Shown one piece after another: positions 37,867-52,303 of a DNA stretch of 64,000 nt. Positions within the stretch are counted from its first letter, which is position 1. The number at the start of each line of letters is the position of its first letter. The position numbers were made by a program, and so were the translations under genes. Origin of the DNA: Octopus vulgaris (lineage: Eukaryota). The stretch lies in contig OX597817.1 in the NCBI GenBank assembly GCA_951406725.2, forward strand, positions 163,990,001-164,054,000, written 5' to 3'. The notes beneath the pieces are model-generated. The model made no database searches and was not told the origin of the DNA. It saw nothing but the letters and a program-made list of their open reading frames with translations.

Positions 37867-38105
37867 AATTATTTAATTGAGATTACGGCGTGATGAATAA
37901 ACATAGCAACTAATTGGCTTCCACGAAATATACAGCAAAGAATGTGCGTCATGTTGATTACCCCAAATATTACACCCCCGACTCTTTGATACGCCATAGT
38001 CAATGCCTTCATTCTCAGAGTCTAGAATTACTGTGTGAAATTGTTGTTGTTGTTGTTGTTATTGTTGTTGTTGTTGTTGATGATGATGATGATGATGATG
38101 AAAAA

Positions 38106-38147
<42 letters not shown>

Positions 38148-38390
38148 CTTTTAACTTTTGCTTCTTTCAGTAATTAGCCTGAGAACCATGTGTGCGTGTG
38201 TGTGTGTGTGTGTGTACAGACACGTATGTATGTATGTATGTATGTATGTATGTATGTATGTATGTACAAAACGGATTTCTTTCAGCTTACGTCTGCCAAA
38301 TCCACTTTCAAGGATGACATCTGTGTGAATTTCGTAGACGGAAACTGTATTAAAGCATGTCGTATATACATACATACATACATACATACA

Positions 38391-38471
<81 letters not shown>

Positions 38472-38476
38472 ATATG

Positions 38477-38522
<46 letters not shown>

Positions 38523-39223
38523 CGTATGTATGTATGTATGTATGTATGTATGTATGTATGTATGTATGTATGTATGTATAAACACATCCACACACACATA
38601 TCCGTGTATCTACGCCACCACCACCACCACCATCACCACTATCGCTTGACAACTGGTATTGATTTGTTTACGCTCCCGTAATCTAGTGGTTCGACAAAAG
38701 GGTCCGATGGGATAAGTACCAAACTTAAAGAATCTGTACTGTGGTCAATTTGTTCGACTACAAGATTTCAAGGTGTTGTCCCAGCATGGCCGCTGTCCGA
38801 TGACTGAAACAAGTAAAACATAACAGATATAGATGGCACTCATCTAATGATCAATTTTCTACCTCTCATTTCATAACCTAATGTATTACCAACCGTTTTT
38901 CTCAAACATGTTAAGAAGGAAATACATATTTCCAGATTTTATATGCGAATCACTTCAATATTAAGACTTTTATTTGCTTTTCCACATCAGTTTCATTTCA
39001 TTTCTCGTTTTGAAGAATTCTGTGAAATGACGAACGCAATTCCTTCTATTTCAGTTGGTCTGTCAAGAACTTCATTTACAACTGAAACAAAATTTGGCGA
39101 ACCGCAACAAAGAAGGCTATAGGCAAATTTGATGGCCTGATATACAAACACCTTCCGTATAAAGCAACTTTTATATACAGTATATGGACAAGTTATTTAA
39201 AATACTTTTTCAAAATACTTCAG

Positions 39224-39358
39224 AGGTGCAGGAGTGGGTGTGTGGTAAGACGCTTTCTTCCCAACCACATGGTTACGGGCAAGTGCCTTCTACTATAGCC
39301 ACTAGCCGACCAAACCCTTGCCAGTGGATTTGGTAGACGGAAACCGAAAGAATCCCGT

Positions 39359-39389
<31 letters not shown>

Positions 39390-39550
39390 GCGCAGGGATG
39401 GCTATGTGGTAAGTAGCTTGCTTACCAGCAGCAGTTCAGGGTTCTGTCCCACTGCGTGACAACTTGGACAAGTATCTTCTGTTATAGCCTCGGACCGACC
39501 AAAGCCTTGTGACTGGATTTGGTAGACGGAAACTGAAAGAAGCCCAGCGT
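39224..39550 (+). mobile_element. Two tandem SINE family A 5' halves
   Basis: Heads at 39224 and 39389. Confidence 0.85.
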
Positions 39551-39582
39551 ATATATATATATATATATACATATATATATAC

Positions 39583-39641
<59 letters not shown>

Positions 39642-39647
<6 letters not shown>

Positions 39648-40089
39648 TTTACCGGTAAATTTCGGTATGTAAATACGACAAATTAATTGTCAGGACCTTT
39701 GTAAGGTCTGCATGGCAGAATTTTGGAGGGAAAATTTACGTTCCCAGTCGTTACTTGGTTTTAACATCTGCGCACTTCCCCCCACTATCTGATGTCGCTG
39801 GGTCAGAAGTGAGGGCTGGTGGCATTTGGTAAAGCTATCGAATATAGCGCTGACGACGGAATTCAAACTCCCTTTTTTTTATATGTTTGTGATCCAGAAA
39901 CACGGTGTTCGCTATTAACGGTAAGTGATTGCTTTCGTATATTTGCCACTCCGATTTTGTGTATGTGAGCCGTAAGGGCCTTCGTTTTTGGAATCTCCAC
40001 TTATAGAAACGGAAAAAACGGTCTTTGACTGCCATTTCTAATTCCTTCGGTATGAGGCGAAACAGCCTGCTGCTAGCCACCTTATTTTC

Positions 40090-40094
<5 letters not shown>
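39642..40094 (+). mobile_element. ~450-bp hammerhead-bearing insert between (TA)n tracts
   Basis: (TA)n on both flanks; hammerhead at 39844-39915. Confidence 0.7.
39844..39915 (+). ncRNA. Type-I hammerhead ribozyme with enlarged loop II
   Basis: Stem I ATAGCG/CGCTAT, CTGACGA, stem II (C)GGA/TCC(A), GAAA, stem III ACAC-G-GTGT, H=T. Confidence 0.7.
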
Positions 40095-40149
<55 letters not shown>

Positions 40150-40151
<2 letters not shown>

Positions 40152-40478
40152 CGCAGGATTCATTCCCACTGCGTGGCTCCTTACGCAAATGTCTTCTACT
40201 AAAGCCTCGGGCCGACCAAAGCCATGTGAGTGGATTTGGTCGACGGAAACTGAAAGAAGCCCTTCGTGTGTGTGTGTGAGTGTCCACGATCGCTTGACAA
40301 CCGATGCTGGTGTGTTTACGTCCTCGTAACTTAGCGGTTCGGCAAAAGAAACCGATAGAATAAGTACTGGGCTTTAAAAGAATAAGTCCTGGAGTCCGTC
40401 CGTTCGACTAAAGGCTGTGCTCCAGCATGGCTAGCAGTCACATGACTGAAACAAATAACAGAGTTAAAGAATAAAAGA
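40150..40478 (+). mobile_element. SINE family A with a deleted head segment
   Basis: Body and tail match family A. Confidence 0.85.
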
Positions 40479-40765
40479 ATCCGTATGGATGTAGTAGACC
40501 ATAAATCATCGAGCTGTTGGAAGAACATGGCAAACATCAGCTATATTTAGTGATCTCAGAAATATTACAATGGAGTGGCTGCCGACTGCCTTCTCAAAAT
40601 CACTTAAAATACTTGTCAGTTACATATTACTCCCACCGCTTGCAGCAGTTATCTTGTACCATCTCTGCTAACTATTTGCTGCTAACTCGGTGGGAAAATG
40701 TCAAGAACCTGGCACAATCCACTTAACCAGTGGATATGTACGCGTGCTTATATGCGTGCGTGCTG

Positions 40766-40875
40766 CGAGGATGATCCGGTTCTTGACTGAAGATTGAAGG
40801 CTTCGAATGTCCCGTCTGTGTTTCTTGTATCGTCTTCTAAATGTTTTGCGTTCTTGTCCCAGTTTGTATTTTTTT

Positions 40876-40916
<41 letters not shown>

Positions 40917-41065
40917 CAAAATGGGACAAGAACGCAAAACATCGGACAACTAGGAACTAGGTGATACAAAAATGGACAACAAAACATCCAGATAGACGAT
41001 ACAAAAAAACCAAGGACGGGTCATTCGAAACTTTCTATCCTCAGTCAAGAACCGGGTCATCCTCG
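40766..41065. mobile_element. Inverted pair of a repeat terminus around a central (TA)n
   Basis: CGAGGATGATCCGGTTCTTGACTGAAGA... versus ...TCCTCAGTCAAGAACCGGGTCATCCTCG; ATGTTTTGCGTTCTTGTCCCA versus TGGGACAAGAACGCAAAACAT. Confidence 0.8.
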
Positions 41066-41284
41066 GCTGATTATATGAGTATGTTTGCGCGTGTGTATGT
41101 GTGTGTGTGTGTGTGTGTGAGGCGATATATTGTATCCAGAGAAATATGATTTGTATGCCAATGTATATGGCTTGCATGAATGGCATCTGTTCAAAAGAAG
41201 GAAGCGACTATGAAGAGAGAGACATTGCAATTTATTAACTGAACACTATTGGCATAAAGTGAAATATGCTCATACACATAAACT

Positions 41285-41810
<526 letters not shown>

Positions 41811-42501
41811 CCTTAAAACATCTGCTGTCGAATAAATCCGTGTCGAAGCAGCGACGCCCAAACGTCTCAGACCCTATTTTATGTCAGGTGACTAAGTTTA
41901 GTGTATTTATAGATTGGAGTGTAATAGCTCGGCAACTGTGACAAAGCTCTCGTAAGAGAACCGGGTAATTAGTAATGTTTCAATAGGGCATGTCGACCTC
42001 CGATATATGTCTACAGCAAGTAAATGATAACGGGGAGACAATACTCTTACGATTTTACATTCAATTTGCTGGTAAAAAAGCGAATAAAAGCGGATACGAA
42101 GCAGATGAATTTAAATTTTCTTTTCAAAAGAGAATTGCTATTAAAATTGCTCATGCGGTTAATCGGTTATAAAAGCTTAATATATATATATATATATACT
42201 TTCTGATATAGGAAATAGGTCTGAAATTTGGCGGGAAGGGACTTGTCGGTTATATCGACTCCGTCTCTCAATTTGTGCTGATTTTATTAACTCTGAAAAG
42301 GTGAGCGGCAAAATCGACTTCGGTGAAATTTGAAGTCAGAACGTTGACGTGGACAAAATGCCGCTCAGCATTTTTCCCAGCGTACTAACGGTTTTGCTAG
42401 CTCTCCACCATATAAAAAATCTTAATATATCAGGTGAGAAAATGTGCAGGTTCTGGTCAGAATTTTGAAAACAACTAAATTAGTGTAACCTGCATAATCT
42501 T

Positions 42502-42904
42502 CTGTGGTAAGTAGCTTGCTTACGAACCACATGGTTCCGGGTTCAGTCCCATTGCGTGGCACCTTGAGCAAGTGTCTTCTACTATAGCCTCGGGCCGACC
42601 AAAGCCTTGTGAGTGGATTTGGTAGACGGAAACTGAAAGAAGCCCGTCGTATATATGTATATGTATATATATATGTACGTGTGTGTTTGTGTGTCTGTTT
42701 TTGTCCCCCCAACATTGCTTGACAACCGATGGTGATGTGTTTACGTCCCCGTAACTTAGCGGTTCGGCAAAAGATACCGATAGAATAAGTACTACGCTTA
42801 CAAAGTATAAGTCCTGAGGTCGATTTGGTCGACTAAAGGCGGTGCTCCAGCATAGCCACAGTCAAATGACTGAAACAAGTAAAAGATTAAAGAGAGTAAA
42901 GAGT
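42502..42904 (+). mobile_element. SINE family A, near full length
   Basis: Matches family A. Confidence 0.92.
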
Positions 42905-43422
42905 ATGGCCAATAATAGCGCTGAATAATTAATTGTTAAACCATTAAAGATTTCGAAAGCAAATTGATGTCTGAGGATATTTTAAATTTGAGAGTAGCTA
43001 CATCATAATACGTGCTGTTTTCTTTCAACAAATACTTTGGAATTAATCATTCTCATTAGAAATTTGGCGAGAATATGCAAAGTCACATTTAGTCTAAAGA
43101 AGAAATTAAACGTTTTTATTTGAATCAGATCTCCAATTATACAGTCCGAACATTAGCATCCAAACACGACTATATGCATACTAGCACTTTGTCAGACGGA
43201 AAAAGAATAGTCAAGGTTTTAAAGGCATGATGAATGAACATTCATTTGACATTCTCCCTGATAATATTGAACCAGAAAGCAAGGACACGTCGTTTCATCT
43301 GAAGGAAAGAACGGACCCAAAGAAACAAGGTGAAATGAGAATTAGGCAGATATGTTTCCGTCGATGGTTTGCGACAATTATGGACGTATGTTATTGGAGG
43401 TCGTCGACAGTGTAACCTATTC

Positions 43423-43921
43423 TTATTTCTTTACTGCCCACAAGGGCTACACATAGAGGGGACAAACAAGGACAGGCATAGGTATTAAGTCGCTTATATC
43501 GACCGCAGTGCGTAACTGGTACTTATTTAATCGACCCCGAAAGGATGAAAGACAAAGTCGACCTCGGCGGAATTTGAACTCAGAACGTAGCGGCAGACGA
43601 AATACCGCCAAGCATTTCGCCCGGCGTGCTAACGTTTCTGCCAGCGCGCCGTCAGTGTAACCTATTCTAGCGAGTTACAAGATATATGCTAAGCGGCAGA
43701 CAAAAATACCTATTACTTTACTACCCACAAGGAGATAAACATAGAGGGGACAAACAAGGACAGACATACGGATGAAAGACAAAGTCGACCTCGGCGGAAT
43801 TTGAACTCAGAACGTAGCGGCAGACGAAATACCGCCAAGCATTTCGCCCGGTGTGCTAACGCTTCTGCCAGCGCGCCGTCAGTGTAACCTATTCTAGCGA
43901 GTTACAAGATATATGCTAAGC
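43423..43921 (-). mobile_element. SINE family B plus a locally duplicated, internally deleted second copy including flank
   Basis: TSD CAGTGTAACCTATTCT; flank GTCAGTGTAACCTATTCTAGCGAGTTACAAGATATATGCTAAGC occurs twice (~43651 and ~43878). Confidence 0.88.
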
Positions 43922-43994
43922 TGGAGACAATACTTCTAAAGGCCAGCAACAATGAGAACACTTTGTCAGAAATCACTTTTTCATAGAAAATTAC

Positions 43995-44185
43995 GAGGAT
44001 GACATTAGCGTAAATGTTTTATAGCTCAGCTCCTGGAATTTGAAGTTTCTGGTATAGAGACCTCTGTTTGTTGATTGGTTGATATTGTAGACCATCAGGA
44101 TGACAAAAACAGCCGATGGCTTGCATACAAATGTCAAAGAGTTGTACAAATTGCCCACTTTTCCGGGTAAATCCTGCAGCATCTG
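43995..44185 (-). CDS. Candidate internal exon of unknown product
   Basis: Minus acceptor TTCTCGTTCTTTCATAG(CAG), open frame MLQDLPGKVG...FTLMSS, possible donor GTAATT; no family recognised. Confidence 0.2.
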
Positions 44186-45211
44186 CTATGAAAGAACGAG
44201 AATTTCATTAATCAAAAAGATTAAAGACATAAAGACATGTCTTTAGGCAACAATGATATAAGAGAGATTAATGCTTTTTTTCTTTCTTTCTTTCTTTCTT
44301 CTTTAGGCTGTCCGGACAGGCAAAATGAATTTATATCTGATTACAGTTGCTGCAGAATTTTCTTCCTAAAATGACAATAGGCCACAGAATTCCAGTAAAT
44401 TGTGACAAGCTGGCTGGTAAATTTGATCGAACAATATAGCTTTATAATTAAACCTGATTATCTCCTTTAGAATGGCACCGCATAACTGATATTTTTCTAT
44501 TAGCTAGGTGATAAATTCTATTCGATCCCTTTCTGACCACCCAGTCGCGAAATTATACAAGTCTCAGTTGCTGAGAAATCATGTTCTGTTGCTTGCAGAG
44601 AAATCATGTATGTTTTGGCGCTGCCTATTTGGCGTCGCTGATTCGGCGCTGATATATTTGACATCAGACGTTTTAAGGATTCTCTCATTTTAATGTTTCT
44701 CTTCTTTTTTCTTTCTCTCCCACTCTCTCGCTATCTTTCTCCCTTTCCATCTCTCTCTCTCTCTCCATCTTTCTCTCTCTCTCTCCATCTCCCTCTCTCC
44801 TTCTGTCTCTTTCTCCCCGTTTGTATGTGAGCATATTTCTCTTTATATATATATATGAGGAGACGGAAAGTCTTTATGTAAATCATGTTCAATTAATAAA
44901 TTGTAATATCTATCCCACCCTCTCCTTTTCTCTATCTCCCTCTCATACACTCACAAACACACACACACACACTCATACACACACACTCACATACACATAC
45001 ACACATACTTTATCTGCATATAGTTCTACAAGAGCTCGCGTGTGTGAGTACTTGTCTGGCAAGAGACTTGATCTGAGACCATTGCGTTGAAACTAAAACA
45101 ATTACAACCTGGTGGACACGCATATTAGCCATCCAAAAACATAGCATACGTATACACACACACACACATATATATTACATATACACATATATTTACAAAC
45201 ACATACACACA

Positions 45212-45273
<62 letters not shown>

Positions 45274-45305
45274 CATACATATTTATATATGTAAATATAT
45301 ATATA

Positions 45306-45345
<40 letters not shown>

Positions 45346-45530
45346 TATATATGTATATAAATATATATATATATACAGTGTCCGGTACTGGAGAATTCAC
45401 TGGGTTTTGCATCATGAAATTTATATTCGTTTTATATATACATACGTACATGTATACTTGCACACACACACACATATATATATACGTACAAATAGAGAGA
45501 GAGTCAGTGAGAGAGGGGATAGAGAAGTTG

Positions 45531-45549
45531 ATTGATTGATCGATCGATC

Positions 45550-45614
<65 letters not shown>

Positions 45615-45659
45615 GTTGATTGATTGATTGATTGATTTATTGATTTATTGATTGATTGG

Positions 45660-45690
<31 letters not shown>

Positions 45691-45722
45691 ATTGACTAAT
45701 TGATTAATTGATTGATTGATTG
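45531..45722. repeat. (GATT)n microsatellite
   Basis: Direct inspection. Confidence 0.95.
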
Positions 45723-46092
45723 GTACTAGTGAAGTGTTATGGATTTTAAAAACTTTAATATCATTGCATTCAGGTGAGGATTATCGTCCCAATCATATTG
45801 CCGACTCTTATGCAGTAGGCTAATCTGTCGGCAGCTTAAACCTGTCTCAGAAAATATAGACTTGAAACCCGGTTGGCTGGCTGGCTGGCTGGCTGACATG
45901 TAGGTTAAGACATGTAGAAACAAAGCTACCTACTCAGATATATATAGCAACTGTATGTAAGGGATTAACAGTCCTGGCCTAGTTATTGATCTAAGGTTTT
46001 TGTCAATTTTATCGTTTACATTTTAACTAACTAACTAACTTATCACATACTCACGGTGTTTGTGTGTGCATGTATGTATGCATGTCTGTATG

Positions 46093-46144
<52 letters not shown>

Positions 46145-46268
46145 TACAGCCATACATACTTATACGTACATACATACTTATGCATACTTACATGTAATAT
46201 ACATACATACATACATATACATATAAAAATACATAAATGCATGTGTATACATACATAGATACATATAT

Positions 46269-46371
<103 letters not shown>

Positions 46372-46442
46372 GTATATATAATACATGGATATGGTTATGT
46401 CAGCAATCAGTATGAGTACAGATTTATGAACGTGTATATGTG

Positions 46443-46539
<97 letters not shown>

Positions 46540-46552
46540 ATACATACATACA

Positions 46553-46584
<32 letters not shown>

Positions 46585-46964
46585 GACACACACATACATA
46601 CATACATACATACATACATACATACATACATACATACATACATACATACATACATACGTACGTACGTACGTACGTACACGAAAACCATTCATATGTATCT
46701 GTTACATTAAGTGCAAACACGTTAAAGTGATCAATATATGTTTATGGCAAGGAGTGTGTGTTTTGTCTGACCCATAGATAATAACTAAATGAATTTCGTC
46801 GACTGCCATCTCCTCTTATTGACCACTGGAAATCACACTTATCTGCTTACATTAACACACTACGACCTGCTAGAAATAACAACCAAATGACATCAAATCT
46901 TCACCTTAGTGTCATTAAAAAGATGGAGGTTGCAAATACTTGTTGGATTCGTATCTCTTTTATA

Positions 46965-47395
46965 TTTTACTTGTTTCAGTCATTTGACTGCGGCCATGCT
47001 GGAGCTCCGCCTTTAGTCGAGCAAATCGACCCCAGGACTTATTCTTGGGAAGCCTAGTACTTATTCTATCGGTCTCTATTGCCGAACCGCTAAGTTACGG
47101 GGACGTAAACACACCAGCATCGGTTGTCAAGTGATGTGTGGGGCAAACACAGACATACAGACACACAAACACACACACACACACACATGCATACATATAT
47201 ATATATATATATATATATACATACATATATACAACGGGCTTTATTTTAGTTTCCGTCTACCAAATCCACTCACAAGGCTTTAATCGGCCCGAGGCTATAG
47301 TAAAAGACACTTGCCCAAGGTGCCAAGCAGTGGGACTGAACCCGGAACCATGTGGTTGGTAAGCAAGCTACTTACTACACAGCCACTCCTGTGCC
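46965..47395 (-). mobile_element. SINE family A, full length (an older diverged copy follows to ~47830)
   Basis: Matches the family A reverse complement. Confidence 0.92.
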
Positions 47396-47601
47396 TATCC
47401 TTTATCTGTCTTTTGTCTCAGTCATTTAACTGTGGCCATGCTGGTGTACAGTTAATTCCAGTACTTTAAAAAAAAGTGGTACTTATTCTGTAGAGAACTT
47501 TTGCCGAAACGCTAAGTTACAGGAACGTAAACACACCAACACCGGCTATCAAACTGTAGTGAGGCACAACACAATGACGCATACATACATATTACATACA
47601 T

Positions 47602-47677
<76 letters not shown>

Positions 47678-48165
47678 AACTGGCTTCTTTCAGTTTCCGT
47701 CTACCAAATTCACTCATATGGTCTTATGCAGGCCCGGCACTATTGTAAAGAATACTTGCCCAAGGTTCCACACACTGGGACTCAATCCGGAATCATTTGA
47801 TTGAGACGCAAGCTTCTTACCACGCTGCTTATGCTTGCTACAAGATACACTAAGTCTTGTTGAAAGGAAAGGAGACTGAATGACCACGATTAAAATATCT
47901 TTGATGATATGTCTGCTGGCCTGGGGCAAAAACAAGACAGCAATAACAGCAATCATGATAACGTTTATCTTATACACTACAGTTAAATTTATTCCTTCAA
48001 CGTCAACGTTCAGCTTATCTTACAATCATTGCTTTGATCTCACCTTACGAACTATCGAATCAACTCTGTAATGTTTCTGGACAAATACTTTTCGTCTTAA
48101 GCGGTTCTAAATGTTTCCAAACCACCACTTTGATAAATAGACAACCACCATTTTACAAAAACTTG

Positions 48166-48205
48166 TACTGAAAGAAGCCCGTCGTATATATATATATGTG
48201 TATGC

Positions 48206-48260
<55 letters not shown>

Positions 48261-48435
48261 TGTGTGTGTCTGTGTGTCTGTGTGTGTTTGTGTGTCTGTG
48301 TTCCCCCCCCCCCCCCAACATCGCTTGACAACCGATGCTTACAAATAATAAGTCCTGGGGTTGATTTGCTCGACTAAAGGCGGTGCTCCAGCATGGCCGC
48401 AGTCAAATTGACTGAAGCAAATAAAAGTATAAAAG
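48166..48435 (+). mobile_element. SINE family A 3' part with deletion
   Basis: Matches family A. Confidence 0.85.
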
Positions 48436-48566
48436 AAAATGAATAAAAAGTGAATAGTTAAAAGAACCGAAAATTTACCATTTCATTGCTTCCGTCTATT
48501 ACAACAATTTAACCCAGGGTCCTCACTAGAAATTTAAATTGCATCTCTCGGTTTGGTTCAGAGATC

Positions 48567-48880
48567 CTCTTCGGTCACAAATGACCATGCGATTGCACCT
48601 AGAAAGTTACCTTCCTAGGCACTGGTCCAGGCAATGTTGTTGATGAAAGACCAGCAGTTGCCTACCTTCTCCACACCACCAATGTTGTCCAAGGGAAAAG
48701 CAAAGGCTGATACAGCTTGGCACCAGTGACATTGTGACTCATTTCTACAGCTTAGTGAACTGGAGCGACACAAAATAAAGTGTCTTGCTCAAGAACACAA
48801 CACACAGCCCAGTTCAGGAATCGAACTCACAACCTCACGGTCATAAGATCGTCGCCCTAACCACTGAGCCATGCGCCTTC
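48567..48880 (-). mobile_element. SINE family C, full length, diverged
   Basis: Reverse complement of the 26562 copy. Confidence 0.88.
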
Positions 48881-49134
48881 ACAACGGTTTGGGTAAATCG
48901 CTATATTTGCCGCCTTATTGGTATTGTTATGGGTGTTGCTTGTTGTTATTTCGATATTGTTATCTTTATTGTTCTTGTTACTATTCAACCCTTTTGCGTT
49001 CATCCTTCTAGAATCAATAAAATAAGTCGCCTTTAGGTATGGAAATCGATATCAATCGCCTTTTTGTTTCCCTCGGTCTCTTACAAACTTGAAACCAAAC
49101 GTAATAACATAGCTACTGTTGCTGTTTGTTTCAA

Positions 49135-49492
49135 GGAGGCGCAATGGCCCAGTGGTTAGGGCAGCGGACTCGCGGTCATAGGATCGCGGTTTCGATTCCC
49201 AGACCGGGCGTTGTGAGTGTTTATTGTGCGAAAACACCTAAAGCTTCACGAGGCTCCGGCAGGGGATGGTGGTGATCCCTGCTGTACTCTTTCACCACAA
49301 CTTTCTCTCACTCTTACTTCCTGTTTCTGTTGTACCTGTATTTCAAGGGGCCGGCCTTGCACTCTCTGTGTCACACTGAATATCCCCGAGAACTACGTTA
49401 AGGGTGCACGTGTCTGTGGAGTGCTCAGCCACTTACACGTTAATTTCACGAGCAACCGGAACCCTCGTCGTCGTAACCGACGGAGTGCTTCC
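49135..49492 (+). mobile_element. SINE family D, full length
   Basis: A box TGGCCCAGTGG, B box GGTTTCGATTCCC; RTE-like tail CTCGTCGTCGTAACCGACGGAG. Confidence 0.88.
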
Positions 49493-50734
49493 ATTCTACT
49501 GTTGCTGTTTGTTTGTTCGTTCGTTTGTTGAGCGAAGCTGTCTTCGTCCCAGAGCTCGCAAGATCGCGCCTCCGTAGTGGGAGAAGTCCGAAACGTGGTC
49601 CTTTGCTATTCGTAAGACCCGCGGATGAGAAAGCAGGTCAACCCCCCACCCACCCCCGACACCGAGAGCATCGGCGGACGGACGAATGCGCATCCAGGCT
49701 CATCAGCGGTTGCGTAGGAAGTCGGGGTACTGTAGCTGTTGTTCATGTTGTGGTAGGGATGAAGTAAGGATGATACAAGTGGTGGTGGCGACGGCGTTGG
49801 CGGAGGCGTCGTCGGCGGAGGCTTCGGTGGCGGAGACGTCGGAGGCAGTGATGTCGGTGGCGGTGGGGGGGCGATAAACAAGTACAGTAAATACTTTATA
49901 CGCCAGGTTATTTCTAGCAATAAAGCAACATGTAAATATAGGCAAAGACAAAGATGAATAAAGGGAGTGGAGGGAGAGCCGGGTGGGGGGTTACGAAAAA
50001 GAAGAAGAAGAAAGGGGTGAGAATGTATGTAGGAGTGGGGATGAGAGTGAGAGTGAGATTGTGGGAGTGGGCATGGGAGGGTAGAGGCAGAAGGAAAGTG
50101 AAAGTATTTTTCTGCATGGGAATGCATTTATGAATATATTCGGATAAACACGCGTGTCAGAAGGGAAAACAGAAGAGGGCGACGTTTGGGGTGTGGATAT
50201 TTTGTACCCGTGTGTATTTTGTAAGCTTCTGTTAACTAACTTCTGTTTTAGGTTACCGAACAAAAAATGTAGTTTATTTGAGTTGAGGGATGAAGGCGGG
50301 GGGGAGGGGGGCTAATTTTGTTGGTTTTTGTTTTGCTTTTTTAAACGAAAACAACAAAAGACAAACTTTATTATAAGCTTCAACACCTCTCTAACTATAA
50401 TATCAACAGGTTGATGTAATTAAGAGTAGACGGTGATAGAAGTGAATGCTTCTGTTGCTACTGCTGCTAGCTGCTGCTGCTGCTGCTGCTGCTGCTGTGG
50501 CTGTTATCATTACCGCTACTGATTTTGTTTATGTTGTAATTGATGTTGTTGTTGTTGTTTAGCAACAGGTCAGCACCCCCCGATCGAACGGACATGTACG
50601 AATGATCAAGTGTTCCACTTGTACTACTATCCCGTCTCGTGACGATTGTCTTTATCAGGGTTCATGTTATCAATTATTTACCTGCTTTTTGATTTTCCTA
50701 TTTTTATTTTATTTTTTTTTTTTTAATAAAATAT

Positions 50735-50883
50735 ATATTTCTTTACTACCCACAAGGGGCTAAACATAGAGGGGACAAACAAGGACAGACAAAAGGATTA
50801 AGTCGATTACATCGACCCAGTGCGAAACTGGTACTTTATTTATCGACCCCGAGAGAATGAAAGGCAAAGTCGACCTCGGCGGA
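50735..50883 (-). mobile_element. SINE family B 3' part
   Basis: Matches the family B reverse complement. Confidence 0.88.
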
Positions 50884-50887
50884 GACA

Positions 50888-51305
50888 GGCGCAGGAGTGG
50901 CTGTGTGGTAAGTAGCTTGCTAACCAACCACATGGTTCCGGGTTCAGTCCCACTGCGTGGCATCTTGGGCAAGTGTCTTCTGCTATAGCCTCGGGCCGAC
51001 CAATGCCTTGTGAGTGGATTTCGTAGACGGAAACTGAAAGAAGCCAGTCTTATATATGAATATATATGTGTGTGTGTGTGTGTGTGTGTATGTGTTTGTG
51101 TGTCTGTGTTTGTCCCCCTAGCATTGCTTGACAACCGATGCTGGTGTGTTTACGTCCCCGTCACTTAGCGGTTCGGCAAAAGAGACCGATAGAATAAGTA
51201 CTGGGCTTACAAAGAATAAGTCCCGGGGTCGATTTGCTCGACTAAAAGGCGGTGCTTCAGCATGGCCGCAGTCAAATGAATGAAACAAGTAAAAGAGTAA
51301 AAAGA
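50888..51305 (+). mobile_element. SINE family A, full length, young subfamily
   Basis: Diagnostic GCTAACCAACC, GGCATCTTGGG, CCAATGCC. Confidence 0.93.
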
Positions 51306-52219
51306 GAGAGAGAGAGTACGATTCTATGTGTGAATTTGGGGGGGGGATCTGAATGTTGTGTCTAGCGATAACAGAAAAAGAAAAAGAAAAATGAAATGGT
51401 TTGTGTATCAATATTAAGTAAACATTGCGGTAAATATTGCACCAAGTTGTTAGACTGAGGAAAAAGGAATTAAGAAGAAGCAATTTTACTTACAATCAAA
51501 AGCATACTCCGAATGTTCGCTCTCATCTAGAGCCAACACAACATATTTCTCCTCCGAAACAGCCATTGCAACGGTGATGAGAGAAGTTAGTTTTCAGTTA
51601 AGTTCCTTGGTTGGGTTGATAAAAATTTTGTGCGTATGTGTATCTGTGTGTGTAAATGTGTGTGTGCACACACAGTTACACTTACACGAAGTAGAAACCA
51701 CACATGCACAAGAAATGCGGGCACAAACTCCACAAACTGCCTTGAGATATATGCTTGTTGGACTTTCTGTAAATTGGATGGAAAACTTAGCGTCAAAGCT
51801 ATTTCTTTTAAAAAGAAAATTTCTAAAGCAACAACGATCAAAATATATATTTATATATCTAGATATATATGTCTGTGTCTGTGTGTTTTTGTAATCTGAG
51901 GTTCTCTTGTTTTGATGTTTTCACCTGAAAGCATGTATCACCACAGAGCGAATATGTGTGTGAGTTTATGATAATGCGTACGTCTGCGCGTGCGCGTATG
52001 TCTATGCGCGCGTGTGTGTGTGTGTGTGTGTGTGAGTGTATGTACGTGTGTTTGTGCGTGTGTATTTGTGTGTGTGGTATGCGTATAATACTATACTATC
52101 ACTGATTTAGTTTATCAACTATACAGATGATTCGTGCAAAATACGTTTTTTTTTTCACAGGCGCGTTGTTAAGTATCTCTGCGTTATAAAGCAGTAACGT
52201 AATAAATGCAAGCAGCCGA

Positions 52220-52262
<43 letters not shown>

Positions 52263-52269
52263 GCTACTA

Positions 52270-52303
<34 letters not shown>

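Noticed and set aside
49606-50127. 173-aa proline-rich minus-strand ORF
   Set aside because: Low-complexity composition, overlapping frames also open, and no recognisable domain; kept only as a CpG-island observation.
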